From: an uncultured Gammaproteobacteria bacterium
GTDB lineage: Bacteria > Patescibacteriota > Patescibacteriia > Patescibacteriales > UBA12465
DNA length: 36,675 nucleotides
NCBI GenBank assembly: GCA_964416495.1
Contig: CAYQEI010000001.1
Coordinates: forward strand, 1 to 36,675
Reading direction: 5' to 3'
A program made the translations under genes and the position numbers. Positions 7,105 through 15,680 of this stretch are shown in pieces (position 1 is the stretch's first letter; every line of letters starts with the position of its first letter). A model generated the notes under the pieces. It was not told the origin of the DNA, did not search any database, and worked only from the letters and a program-made list of their open reading frames with translations.

Positions 7105-7674
7105 ATGTTAACTAAACGTAAACAAATCATCACTAAATTCTATCAAGAACGTGGACGCATGCCTCATTATGCTGAGATTATGAAGCTTTTAGATTATAGG
7201 TCAAAAAATTCTGTTTTCCGTTTGGTAAAAAAGCTAGAGGAGGATAAGTTCCTCAAAAAAGATAAACAAGGCAAACTAATTCCACTTAAGCTATCTACCG
7301 AAATAAAATTACTAGGAGAAGTAGAAGCCGGTTTTCCCTCTGTAGCTGAAGAGGAGTTATTAGATAGCCTAAGTTTAGATGAGTTTCTAATTAACAATCG
7401 GGAGGCAAGTTATTTGTTAAGGGTAAGTGGCGACTCGATGAAAGAGGCTGGAATTATGCCAGGTGACTTAGTTATTGCTGATCGTAGTCTTAGCCCAGCC
7501 CCTGGTAATATTGTAATTGCTTCAGTTGATGAGGCTTGGACAATGAAATATTTGCGTAAACAGGGAAATCGAGTTTATCTACAAGCAGCTAATAAAAAAT
7601 ATCCTGATATTTATCCTCAAGCTGAGCTCAAAATCGCTGCAGTTGTAACTGGGGTGATTAGGAAGTATCAATAA
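7105..7674 (+). CDS. lexA: LexA repressor (S24 peptidase with N-terminal winged HTH)
   Basis: VEAGFPSVAEE cleavage-site region, GDSM catalytic Ser motif, a downstream Lys in TMKYLRK, and an N-terminal DNA-binding domain. Confidence 0.85.
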   Translation: MLTKRKQIITKFYQERGRMPHYAEIMKLLDYRSKNSVFRLVKKLEEDKFLKKDKQGKLIPLKLSTEIKLLGEVEAGFPSVAEEELLDSLSLDEFLINNREASYLLRVSGDSMKEAGIMPGDLVIADRSLSPAPGNIVIASVDEAWTMKYLRKQGNRVYLQAANKKYPDIYPQAELKIAAVVTGVIRKYQ

Positions 7675-7680
7675 ATTTGT

Positions 7681-8946
7681 ATGTCTTTGTTTTCCTCAAA
7701 AGCTATTCTCCATGTCGATGCTGACTCCTTTTTTGTCTCTTGTGAGATAGCCCGTCAGCCACAATTAAAAGGACTAGCTGTTGTTACTGGACAAGAAAGG
7801 GGAATAGTATCGGCTTTAAGTTATGAAGCTAAGGCTCTTGGTATTAAGCGGGGAGAGCCAATTTATCAAATTAGGCAAAGACATCCTCAAGTAAAGGTGA
7901 TTGCCTCTGATTATGAGACCTATAGCCTCTACTCCCTTAAAATCTCAGGGATTTTAAGGCGCTATAGTTTAGCAGTAGAGGATTATAGTATTGATGAATG
8001 CTTTGTTGATTTAAGTGGTTTAAGTACTGACTACAAGTCTTTACTTAAAGAAATAAAACAGAGTTTAGAATTAGAGTTAGGCTTTACTTGTTCTTTAGGC
8101 TTAGCTAGCACTAAAGTACTCGCTAAAATCGCCTCTAGCGCTAATAAGCCAAATGGCTTAGTTATTATTGATAATAAAAATATTGATCAGCACCTCAGCG
8201 ACCTTCCAGTCGCTAAAATCTGGGGTATAGGACCTCAGACTAGTAAGCGACTTAATCTTTTAGGGGTAAAGACAGCCCTTGATTTCAAAAATAAACCCTT
8301 AGCTTGGCTCAAAGCGAATTTACATAAGCCCCAAATAGAAATTTGGCAAGAATTACATGGTATCTCTATTTACCCCTTAATAACTGAAACTAGAACCAAC
8401 TATCAATCAGTTGCTAAAACTAAAACATTTAGTCCCCCTAGTAGTGATTTAGATTTTGTTTTAAGTGAGCTCTCCCAAAACCTAGAGCAGGCCTGTGCCC
8501 GTTTGCGTCGCTATAATTTATTAGCTAATAAGCTTAGTTTCTTTCTCAAAACACAGAGCTTTAATTACTATAAATATGAGCTCAAACTAAGCTCAGCTAC
8601 CAATAATCCTTTAGTTTTATTGGCATTAGTTAGTCGGTATATTAATAAAGTTTATCAAGTCAATACACTCTATCGCGCTAGTGGGGTGACTCTATCAGCT
8701 CTAGTACCTTTATTAGCCGATAAGCAACTCGATTTATTTACCGATTTAGTTAAGCAAAAGAAACAAGCCAGTCTCCTTAAATCCTATGACTCTATTTGTG
8801 CCCGCTATGGTAGTGAGAGCATCTTTCTGGCTTCAAGCTTAGCTAGCTTAAACCGTAATAAAACTACTAGTAACAATAGTGATCTCCTACCTCCTGATCG
8901 GCAGAGGAAGAACTTTCCTTTACCTTTCTTAGGTGAGCTCAATTAA
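7681..8946 (+). CDS. Y-family DNA polymerase (UmuC/YqjW-like translesion polymerase)
   Basis: ILHVDADSFFVSCE, SYEAKALGIKRGEP, SIDECFVDLSG, and LGLASTKVLAKIAS..NKPNG followed by KIWGIGP. Confidence 0.85.
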   Translation: MSLFSSKAILHVDADSFFVSCEIARQPQLKGLAVVTGQERGIVSALSYEAKALGIKRGEPIYQIRQRHPQVKVIASDYETYSLYSLKISGILRRYSLAVEDYSIDECFVDLSGLSTDYKSLLKEIKQSLELELGFTCSLGLASTKVLAKIASSANKPNGLVIIDNKNIDQHLSDLPVAKIWGIGPQTSKRLNLLGVKTALDFKNKPLAWLKANLHKPQIEIWQELHGISIYPLITETRTNYQSVAKTKTFSPPSSDLDFVLSELSQNLEQACARLRRYNLLANKLSFFLKTQSFNYYKYELKLSSATNNPLVLLALVSRYINKVYQVNTLYRASGVTLSALVPLLADKQLDLFTDLVKQKKQASLLKSYDSICARYGSESIFLASSLASLNRNKTTSNNSDLLPPDRQRKNFPLPFLGELN

Positions 8947-8950
8947 ATAT

Positions 8951-9493
8951 ATGAAAAAATTAATTTATACTATTGGTCACTCAACTCGCAGTTTAGACGA
9001 GTTGCTTGAGATATTTGCTGACTATGGTATCACTAAATTAATTGATATCAGGACAGTGCCCAAGTCTCGCTTTAATCCGCAGTTTAACAAAGATAACTTA
9101 GAAAAGTTTCTACCTGGTAAAAAAATAGCCTATGAGCACCACTCCAATCTAGGTGGTTGGCGCAAGCGAAATAAAGCTTCAATAAATACTGGTTGGCGTA
9201 ATCAATCCTTTCGTTCCTATGCTGACTATATGCAAACAGCCCAATTTGCTCTTGCCCTTAAATCACTGGAAAAAGAAGCTCAAGCAGAAAGGGTAGTAAT
9301 AATGTGTGCCGAAACTCTACCTTGGCGCTGTCATCGTTTTTTAGTGGCTGATGCTTTAACGGTAGATCACTTTGTTGTCAAGCACATTTTAAGCGCTAAA
9401 AAAGATTATCTCCATCGCTTAAACCAGTTAGCAAAAGTAAAGGGCAGGAAAATCACTTACTCAGGAAGTAATACTCAATTAGACAAAGACTAG
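8951..9493 (+). CDS. DUF488 family protein
   Basis: MKKLIYTIGHSTRSLDELLEIFADYGITKLIDIRTVPKSRFNPQFN and CAETLPWRCHR are typical DUF488 motifs. The ORF track starts at 8933, but the ATG at 8951 matches the usual family N-terminus. Confidence 0.75.
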   Translation: MKKLIYTIGHSTRSLDELLEIFADYGITKLIDIRTVPKSRFNPQFNKDNLEKFLPGKKIAYEHHSNLGGWRKRNKASINTGWRNQSFRSYADYMQTAQFALALKSLEKEAQAERVVIMCAETLPWRCHRFLVADALTVDHFVVKHILSAKKDYLHRLNQLAKVKGRKITYSGSNTQLDKD

Positions 9494-9566
9494 CTATTAT
9501 TTTAATATTTGCTATTATATAGAGACTAAGCTAATAAATAATTTATAAAGTATTAAGAAAAAAATT

Positions 9567-10079
9567 ATGAAGAAATCAATTTTTCTAGTTTTAGGACTAG
9601 TAGTCCTAGTTGGCCTCTCGGCTTGCAGTCTAGCCCCAAGTCAAGAGCCAGAAGAGCAAGACCTTGACTTAGTTAATGGGTCTGAGACTGAAGTAATCGA
9701 GTCTGGTGAAGCTGGTTTAGACACCACTTTAAACGACAACCCTTGGTTATGGCTAGAAAGTCAGGTTAATGATGAAGTAATTACTCCAAATCAAGCTGAT
9801 GCTTTTGTTTTGACTTTCGATGCTGAAGAAGGTAGGCTTTTTGCTCAAACTGATTGTAATAACCAATCAGGTCCTTACACTCTGACAGACGAGAGCTTAA
9901 CAGTAGGACCAATGATTAGCACTTTGATGTATTGCGAAGGTTCTCAAGAAAACGTTTTTGCTGGGCAATTAGCAGAAGTTAATTCCTACGACCTTGATGA
10001 AGACAATAACCTTATCCTTAACTTCGGTGAGGAAGGCGGTTACATGCTATTTGCACCGCTAGAAGTTATCTCAGAATAA
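9567..10079 (+). CDS. META-domain (HslJ-like) lipoprotein
   Basis: Signal peptide with an LSAC lipobox. WLWLES...FVLTFDAEEGRLFAQTDCNNQSGPYTL...STLMYCEGSQENVFAGQL matches the META domain pattern. Confidence 0.7.
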   Translation: MKKSIFLVLGLVVLVGLSACSLAPSQEPEEQDLDLVNGSETEVIESGEAGLDTTLNDNPWLWLESQVNDEVITPNQADAFVLTFDAEEGRLFAQTDCNNQSGPYTLTDESLTVGPMISTLMYCEGSQENVFAGQLAEVNSYDLDEDNNLILNFGEEGGYMLFAPLEVISE

Positions 10080-10104
10080 GATTTATTAATTTAGCAATAG
10101 AATT

Positions 10105-10650
10105 ATGAAATAATCTATATTATTAGTCCTTGCGTTAGTGATTTTAGTTGGTTTATCAGCTTGTAGTTTAGGTGGCAGTACTGAGCCTCAAGGCGAAGCT
10201 TTAGAGACAAATAATCAAGCTGAATCTGGCTTAATTGAGTCTGGTGAGGAAACTCCAGCCAGTGAAGGCGAAGAAGAAGTCTTTATTTCTGACTCTACTT
10301 TAGGGAGTAGCTCTTGGCTTTGGTTAGAGAGTTTAGTTGCTGATGAGCAAATCATTCCTAACCAAGTTGATGCTTTCGTAGTTAGTTTTGATGAAAGCGA
10401 AGGACAGGTTTCAATTCAGACAGATTGTAATACCAACTTTGGTTCCTATCAGGCTGATGAGAATAGTCTTGAATTTGGTGAGCTAGCAAGCACTAGGATG
10501 TTTTGTGAAGATAGCCAAGAGAATTTATTTACCGATCAATTAACTCAAGTTGACTCTTATCAAATTGATGAAGTTGGCTACCTAAGCTTATTCCTAGCAG
10601 ATGATAATAGCTATATGTTATTTGCCCCTTATCATGAAACTGAAGAGTAA
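10105..10650 (+). pseudogene. Second META-domain lipoprotein paralogue with a TAA at codon 3
   Basis: ATG AAA TAA (10105-10113) is in frame with the 10138 ORF. Downstream it reads SILLVLALVILVGLSAC, collinear with the intact signal peptide of the upstream paralogue. A GTG start at 10138 would leave only 8 residues before the lipobox Cys. Confidence 0.5.
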
Positions 10651-10684
10651 TTCCGACTGACTTTGAATTATAGAATATTTCAAT

Positions 10685-10724
10685 AGATCCAAGAGCTAAA
10701 TAACTCTTGGGTCTATTTTATTTT
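10685..10724 (+). terminator. Rho-independent terminator
   Basis: AGATCCAAGAG (10685-10695) pairs with CTCTTGGGTCT (10704-10714) with one G-U pair, 8-nt loop, then a T-rich tail. Confidence 0.55.
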
Positions 10725-10775
10725 AGTAGAATTTGCTATATTAGTAGTATTAATTAATTTAGTAATAATTAACAT

Positions 10776-11165
10776 ATGCAAGAAAAGATATCCTTTTATC
10801 GCTACTTAGTTTTTGCGGTCGGAATTCTAGCGACTATCGCCTACCGCATTATTGTAGTGTTAAATAACTATGACCCAATTTGGGTTCAGATTGCCTGGTA
10901 TGTTGGTACTTTAGGCTTTGTTTGGTACTTTATTCACCGCTATCATGTTGAGAATAAGCGTGATCGCGTCATCACTGACAATAATCTCAGTGAAAAGATT
11001 AGACAAGGTGAGACTCTAACTGAAACTGAACGCAATGACCTGGCTAATATTCTCTCCCGCTTGCAAAGTAGTCTTTCTAAGTGGAATTACTTAGCAATTT
11101 TCATCCTTTCTGCTCTTGCTCTACTCTATGGCTTCTATCATGACTTAATTTTGGCATTTTTTTAG
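10776..11165 (+). CDS. Hypothetical membrane protein (3 TM)
   Basis: 129-aa ORF with hydrophobic segments. No family recognised. TGcTATATT at 10734-10742. Confidence 0.45.
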   Translation: MQEKISFYRYLVFAVGILATIAYRIIVVLNNYDPIWVQIAWYVGTLGFVWYFIHRYHVENKRDRVITDNNLSEKIRQGETLTETERNDLANILSRLQSSLSKWNYLAIFILSALALLYGFYHDLILAFF

Positions 11166-11233
11166 GATGATTTTATAAAAAAGCAAAGAAAATAATTAAC
11201 TTAGTTTATCAGGAGCGCTTTAATCCAATAAAC

Positions 11234-11258
11234 AAGGGGGTTTGACTCCCTTTTTTAT
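11234..11258 (+). terminator. Rho-independent terminator
   Basis: AAGGGGG (11234-11240) pairs with CTCCCTT (11246-11252) with one G-U pair, 5-nt loop, then a T run. Confidence 0.5.
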
Positions 11259-11318
11259 TTTTGCTATAATATCAATATATGGTAGTTTTTACATATAATT
11301 ATACACAATATGTAGTAA
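11242..11318 (+). promoter_or_regulatory. nrdJ promoter plus two NrdR-box-like palindromes
   Basis: TTGACT (11242-11247), 17-nt spacer, TATAAT (11265-11270). Box 1 is tatCaAtATaTgGtag (11270-11285) and box 2 is acaCaAtATgTaGtaa (11303-11318). Their starts are 33 bp apart. The NrdR consensus as I remember it is acaCwAtATaTwGtgt. Confidence 0.5.
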
Positions 11319-11360
11319 TTAGTGAAAACTATATAAATAATTAAGTTTTATTTAAATACT

Positions 11361-13664
11361 ATGACCGCAAAAAAGCTTGTCCCCATCGGCAAAATTAGAA
11401 AGCGCGATGGCCGTTTAGTTAATTTTGATCCAGAACGGATAATTATAGCGATTAACAAGGCATTTGACTCAGTTGATCAAGCCACTAATGGCCATTCTAA
11501 GGCAATTGCCAAGCAAGTTGAGTTAGATCTTCAACGTTTGCAAAAGATTTCTACAGAAAAGAAGTTTATTCCAACGGTAGAGTTAATTCAAGACATAGTT
11601 GAAGAGCAACTTATGAAAAGCGGTTTCTCTAAAGTAGCTCGAGCTTATATACTCTATCGTGAAGAAAGGGCGAAGTTGAGGGAAAAGAGCTTAGCGGTCC
11701 CAGAGCATGTCAAAAAGTTAACTGAAGAGAGTCGTAAGTATTTCAAGAATTCTTTAGCCGAGTTTATTTTCTATCGTACTTATGCTCGTTGGATAGAAGA
11801 GGAGCAAAGACGTGAAACCTGGATAGAAACAGTTGATCGTTACCTAGCTTTTATGAAAAAGAATTTAGGGGATAAGCTTAGTAAAGCTGATCAAGAAGAG
11901 CTCCGGGAGGCAATTTTGAAGCAAGAAGTTATGCCTTCAATGCGTTTAATGCAATTTTCTGGAAAAGCAGCTGAAACTACTAATGTTTGCGCCTATAATT
12001 GCTCCTATATTGCGCCAGAGAAGTTTCAAGATATTGCTGAAATTATGTATGTTTCAATGTGTGGCACTGGTGTCGGTTGGTCAGTTGAGAGTCAAAATGT
12101 AGAGAAATTCCCTCAGATTTTGCGTCAAAAAGGTGGCGAAGCTACTACTTTTGTTATTGCTGATAGCAAGGAAGGTTGGGCTGATGCTTTAGCTTTAGGG
12201 ATGAAAACATGGGCATCGGGTGAAGATATTAAATTTGACTATTCTCAGCTAAGAGCAGCTGGAGCAAGATTAATGACTATGGGTGGAAAAAGCTCTGGAC
12301 CAGATCCATTGCGCAAATTACTTGATTTTACTCGCGCCAAGATGCTTAACCGCCAAGGACGTCGCTTAAGGAGCATTGATTTACACGATATTATTTGTAT
12401 GGTGGGTTATTGCGTAGTTTCAGGTGGAGTTAGACGTAGTGCGATGATTTCACTATCAGATTTAGATGACCAAGAAATTAGAGATGCCAAGAAAGGTCAG
12501 TTCTATATTAGTGAACCACAAAGGAGTCTAGCTAATAATTCAGCTGTTTATATCAAAAAGCCAGAAAACGAAGAGTTTTTGGGGGAATGGCTGGCTCTAA
12601 TTAAGTCCAATTCTGGTGAGCGAGGCATTTTCAATCGTGGATCACTAGCAAAGACCATGCCTCAGCGCCGTTTAGACCTATTGCGCGCTAAAAAGGGGTA
12701 CTTTAGTGCTGATGGTGAGTTTATCATCGGTCAGATGGGGACTAATCCTTGTGGCGAGATTATCCTTCAGTCTAAGCAATTCTGTAATCTATCTGAAGTA
12801 ATAGCCCGCTCTGATGATACTGAAGAAAGTTTGTTAAGGAAGATTAGATTAGCTACCATTCTTGGCACCTATCAATCAACTCTAACCAATTTTCCTTATC
12901 TATCTCGAGGCTGGAAAGTGAATTGTGAAGCGGAAAGATTATTGGGCGTTTCAGTCACTGGTCAATGGGATTCAAAAGTCTCGCGTCAAGAGGAGGTTTT
13001 AGCTAAGCTAAAGGCAGAGGCAATTAAAGTTAATGCTCAATATGCTAAAAAGTTTCAGCTAGAGCCTTCAACCTCAGTTACTTGTGTTAAGCCTTCTGGC
13101 ACTGTTTCTCAATTAACTGATTCAGCTTCTGGGATGCATGCTCGTTATGCTCCTTATTATATCCGTCGCATTCGTATTTCAGCTACTGATTCTTTGTTTA
13201 AGATGCTCAAAGCTCAAGGAGTGCCATATAAGCCAGAAGTAGGTGAGTCCTATGATGATGCTGTTACCTATGTCCTTGAATTCCCGGTCAAAGCCCCTAA
13301 AGGCTCAATTTTTAGCAATGACTTAACTGCACTTGAACAACTTGAGCATTGGAAGAAAGTAAAGCTAAGTTATACCGAGCATAACCCCTCAGTTACCATC
13401 TCAGTAGCTGATGATGAGTGGGTTGAAGTTGCTAACTGGGTTTACTCTAATTGGGAGATTATTGGTGGCCTTTCTTTCTTGCCCCGCACTAACCATGTTT
13501 ACGAACTCGCCCCTTATGAAGAAATCGAGAAAGATAAATATGAAGAAATGTTGAAGAACTTCAAAAATATGGACTTCTCTCAAATTGTAATTTATGAGAA
13601 GCAAGATGAAACTGAAGCTAAAAAGGAATTAGCTTGTGCTGGTGGTGCTTGTGAAGTAAACTAA
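11361..13664 (+). CDS. nrdJ: Class II (adenosylcobalamin-dependent) ribonucleotide reductase with N-terminal ATP-cone
   Basis: ATP-cone at the N-terminus (IRKRDGRLVNFDPERIIIAINKAF), active-site TNPCGEI...FCNLSEV, and a C-terminal Cys pair (CAGGACEV). Confidence 0.85.
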   Translation: MTAKKLVPIGKIRKRDGRLVNFDPERIIIAINKAFDSVDQATNGHSKAIAKQVELDLQRLQKISTEKKFIPTVELIQDIVEEQLMKSGFSKVARAYILYREERAKLREKSLAVPEHVKKLTEESRKYFKNSLAEFIFYRTYARWIEEEQRRETWIETVDRYLAFMKKNLGDKLSKADQEELREAILKQEVMPSMRLMQFSGKAAETTNVCAYNCSYIAPEKFQDIAEIMYVSMCGTGVGWSVESQNVEKFPQILRQKGGEATTFVIADSKEGWADALALGMKTWASGEDIKFDYSQLRAAGARLMTMGGKSSGPDPLRKLLDFTRAKMLNRQGRRLRSIDLHDIICMVGYCVVSGGVRRSAMISLSDLDDQEIRDAKKGQFYISEPQRSLANNSAVYIKKPENEEFLGEWLALIKSNSGERGIFNRGSLAKTMPQRRLDLLRAKKGYFSADGEFIIGQMGTNPCGEIILQSKQFCNLSEVIARSDDTEESLLRKIRLATILGTYQSTLTNFPYLSRGWKVNCEAERLLGVSVTGQWDSKVSRQEEVLAKLKAEAIKVNAQYAKKFQLEPSTSVTCVKPSGTVSQLTDSASGMHARYAPYYIRRIRISATDSLFKMLKAQGVPYKPEVGESYDDAVTYVLEFPVKAPKGSIFSNDLTALEQLEHWKKVKLSYTEHNPSVTISVADDEWVEVANWVYSNWEIIGGLSFLPRTNHVYELAPYEEIEKDKYEEMLKNFKNMDFSQIVIYEKQDETEAKKELACAGGACEVN

Positions 13665-13671
13665 AATAGCT

Positions 13672-14202
13672 ATGTACTACACTGGTGCTGGTGATAAAGG
13701 CAAGACCAGATTGAATAATAGTAAAAGTTTGTCAAAATCTGAGCCTATCTTTGAACTTTTAGGTAGCTTAGATCAGTTAAATTCTCTTTGCGGTTTTAGT
13801 CGTAGTTTAACTGATGTCCCTCAAGAAATAAAAGACTCTCTGCTATTAAGACAAGAGGGTCTTTTTAGTTGTCAGGCTTATTTTGCTCGGAGTAAGTCAG
13901 AGTTAGCGCCAGATCTACTCAGTCGTTTAGAGCGTGACTTAGATGAAATCAGTTTGAAATTAAAGCCACGCCATTCTTTTGTTATTCCTGGTGGTAGTTT
14001 GTTAAGTGCTAGCTTAGATTTAGCTAGAACCCAGGCGCGCAGTTGTGAACGCTTAGCTCAAGCTTACTTGGCTACTAAGACTTGGCTACAAAAAGAGCTA
14101 ATGTTAGCCTACCTTAATCGCTTATCAAGTTACTTCTTTGTTTTGGCTCGCTATGCTAATGACTTAGCTGGAGTAGAGGAAGTCGGTCCCCGTTATAGTT
14201 AA
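13672..14202 (+). CDS. PduO-type ATP:cob(I)alamin adenosyltransferase
   Basis: The N-terminal YTGAGDKGKTRL matches the family YTktGDkGeT motif. Size is 176 aa with a helical-bundle-type sequence. Confidence 0.75.
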   Translation: MYYTGAGDKGKTRLNNSKSLSKSEPIFELLGSLDQLNSLCGFSRSLTDVPQEIKDSLLLRQEGLFSCQAYFARSKSELAPDLLSRLERDLDEISLKLKPRHSFVIPGGSLLSASLDLARTQARSCERLAQAYLATKTWLQKELMLAYLNRLSSYFFVLARYANDLAGVEEVGPRYS

Positions 14203-14211
14203 GATATGGGT

Positions 14212-14240
14212 TTGGCAAAGCTGTGAAATAATAGTATACT
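14212..14240 (+). promoter_or_regulatory. Sigma-70-like promoter
   Basis: TTGGCA (14212-14217), 17-nt spacer, TATACT (14235-14240). Confidence 0.45.
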
Positions 14241-14278
14241 TAAAACACAATGCTAATTAATTCATTAAGATAAAAAAT

Positions 14279-14557
14279 ATGTTAATAGAAGAAAGAGCAA
14301 ATCTAAGTGACAAAACATTAGATCTAAAAAGAGCAATTGACTCTTTACGTGAGGAAGTGGAAGCAGTAAATTACTACAATCAAAGAGCAGACTCAACTTC
14401 AGACCCTGAACTAAAACAAGTGTTGATTCACAATGCTAATGAAGAGAAAGAACACGCTGCTATGTTAATTGAGTGGATTAGAAAGAATGACCCAGTTTTT
14501 GCTAAGGAATTTGAAGACAATTTATTCAAAGAGGTGATAGATACTGATCACGAATAA
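14279..14557 (+). CDS. Encapsulated-ferritin (EncFtn) family ferritin-like protein, lacking a C-terminal targeting peptide
   Basis: REEVEAVNYYNQRADSTSDPELKQVLIHNANEEKEHAAMLIEWIRKNDPVFAKEF is nearly collinear with the EncFtn core as I remember it (EELEAVDWYxQR...HNRDEEKEHAAMxLEWLRRND). The protein ends 17 aa after NDP. Confidence 0.8.
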   Translation: MLIEERANLSDKTLDLKRAIDSLREEVEAVNYYNQRADSTSDPELKQVLIHNANEEKEHAAMLIEWIRKNDPVFAKEFEDNLFKEVIDTDHE

Positions 14558-14567
14558 AACTATTTAA

Positions 14568-15650
14568 TTGGCTATGCCGATAACATTTTTCAATATCATC
14601 TATAACTTGGATCGATATGGTAATAGCGGGCTTGATTACCTCAAAGCCTTACTTTTATTTGTAGTTATCTTTTCAGCTTTAAGGATACTAAGGAATTATG
14701 GTCTAGCCCGGCTTCAGTCCTTAGCTGAAAAGACTAAGATGAAGTTTGACGATATATTAATCACTAGTATTAAGCGGATAAAACTCCTCTCTTATTTTAT
14801 CATTTCGCTCTATCTAAGTTTACAGTTGTTAAGCCTAGCTCGAGCTCTAAACTTGATTGTCAAAGTCTTGTTTTTGGTTATAGTTATCTACGAAAGTATC
14901 CGCATAATTGAGAAAATAGTGGGCTACTTTATTTTCCTCTCTTTACAAAAGAACAGTAAAGTTAGTCAAGATAATGAGCAAATTAGGGCTACAGTGAGAA
15001 CCTTTAATCTATTTGTTGGTATTATTTTGTGGACTTTTGGAGTTTTATTGATTTTATCTAATCTAAACGTCAATGTTACTTCCTTGCTGGCTGGTTTGGG
15101 GATCGGCGGTATTGCGGTCGCTTTAGCCCTGCAAAGTATTTTAGCTGATGTTTTTTCCAGTTTTTCCATTTTGGTTGATAAACCATTTCAAGTTGGTGAC
15201 TTTATCATTATTGGTGATGATAAAGGTATAGTCCAAAAAATTGGTATTAAAACTACCAGAATTAAGTCTCTAGACGGACAAATGCTTATCATTTCTAATC
15301 AAGAGTTAACGACTGCCCGAGTACAGAACTTTGATAAAGTTAAAGAGCGACGCTCTTTACTCAAACTTCGGATTAGCTTTGATACTGCAAGAGAAAAGCT
15401 AGACTTAATCCCAAAATTAACTGAAGAGATTATCTCAAGACATAATTATGCTAAGTTTAACTACTGCCGTTTGCTTGATTTATCAAACTATAGTCTAGAC
15501 TATGAATTATCTTTTTATATTACTGAACCAAACTATGAACAGTTTCTAATCTATTCGGAAAAAATTAAATTAGATGTTTTAGATCGCATTAAACAAGAGG
15601 AAATAAAGCTTGCCTACCCAACTACTAAAGTTGAGTATCAAGCTAAGTAA
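14568..15650 (+). CDS. MscS-family mechanosensitive ion channel
   Basis: GLGIGGIAVALALQSILADVFSSFSILVDKPFQVGDFIIIGDDKGIVQKIGIKTTRIKSLDGQMLIISNQEL is the canonical MscS TM3 / beta-domain. TTG start at 14568, with an alternative ATG at 14574. Confidence 0.85.
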   Translation: MAMPITFFNIIYNLDRYGNSGLDYLKALLLFVVIFSALRILRNYGLARLQSLAEKTKMKFDDILITSIKRIKLLSYFIISLYLSLQLLSLARALNLIVKVLFLVIVIYESIRIIEKIVGYFIFLSLQKNSKVSQDNEQIRATVRTFNLFVGIILWTFGVLLILSNLNVNVTSLLAGLGIGGIAVALALQSILADVFSSFSILVDKPFQVGDFIIIGDDKGIVQKIGIKTTRIKSLDGQMLIISNQELTTARVQNFDKVKERRSLLKLRISFDTAREKLDLIPKLTEEIISRHNYAKFNYCRLLDLSNYSLDYELSFYITEPNYEQFLIYSEKIKLDVLDRIKQEEIKLAYPTTKVEYQAK

Positions 15651-15680
15651 TGAGTACATTAAAAAGGGAGGAGGCAGGAC

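Noticed and set aside
8933-8950. The 8933 start for the DUF488 gene, giving a 14-nt overlap with the polymerase gene.
   Set aside because: The family normally begins M-x-x-(I/L)-(Y/F)-T-I-G-H-S, which matches the ATG at 8951. The longer form cannot be excluded, so both are mentioned.
11166-11360. Cobalamin riboswitch upstream of the B12-dependent nrdJ.
   Set aside because: The leader downstream of the -10 is under 100 nt, very AT-rich and has no B12-box-like GC-rich core. The palindromes fit NrdR boxes better.
13672-15650. Encapsulin shell gene next to the EncFtn homologue.
   Set aside because: The flanking ORFs have clear adenosyltransferase and MscS motifs. No HK97-fold-sized (~260-300 aa) unassigned ORF is adjacent.
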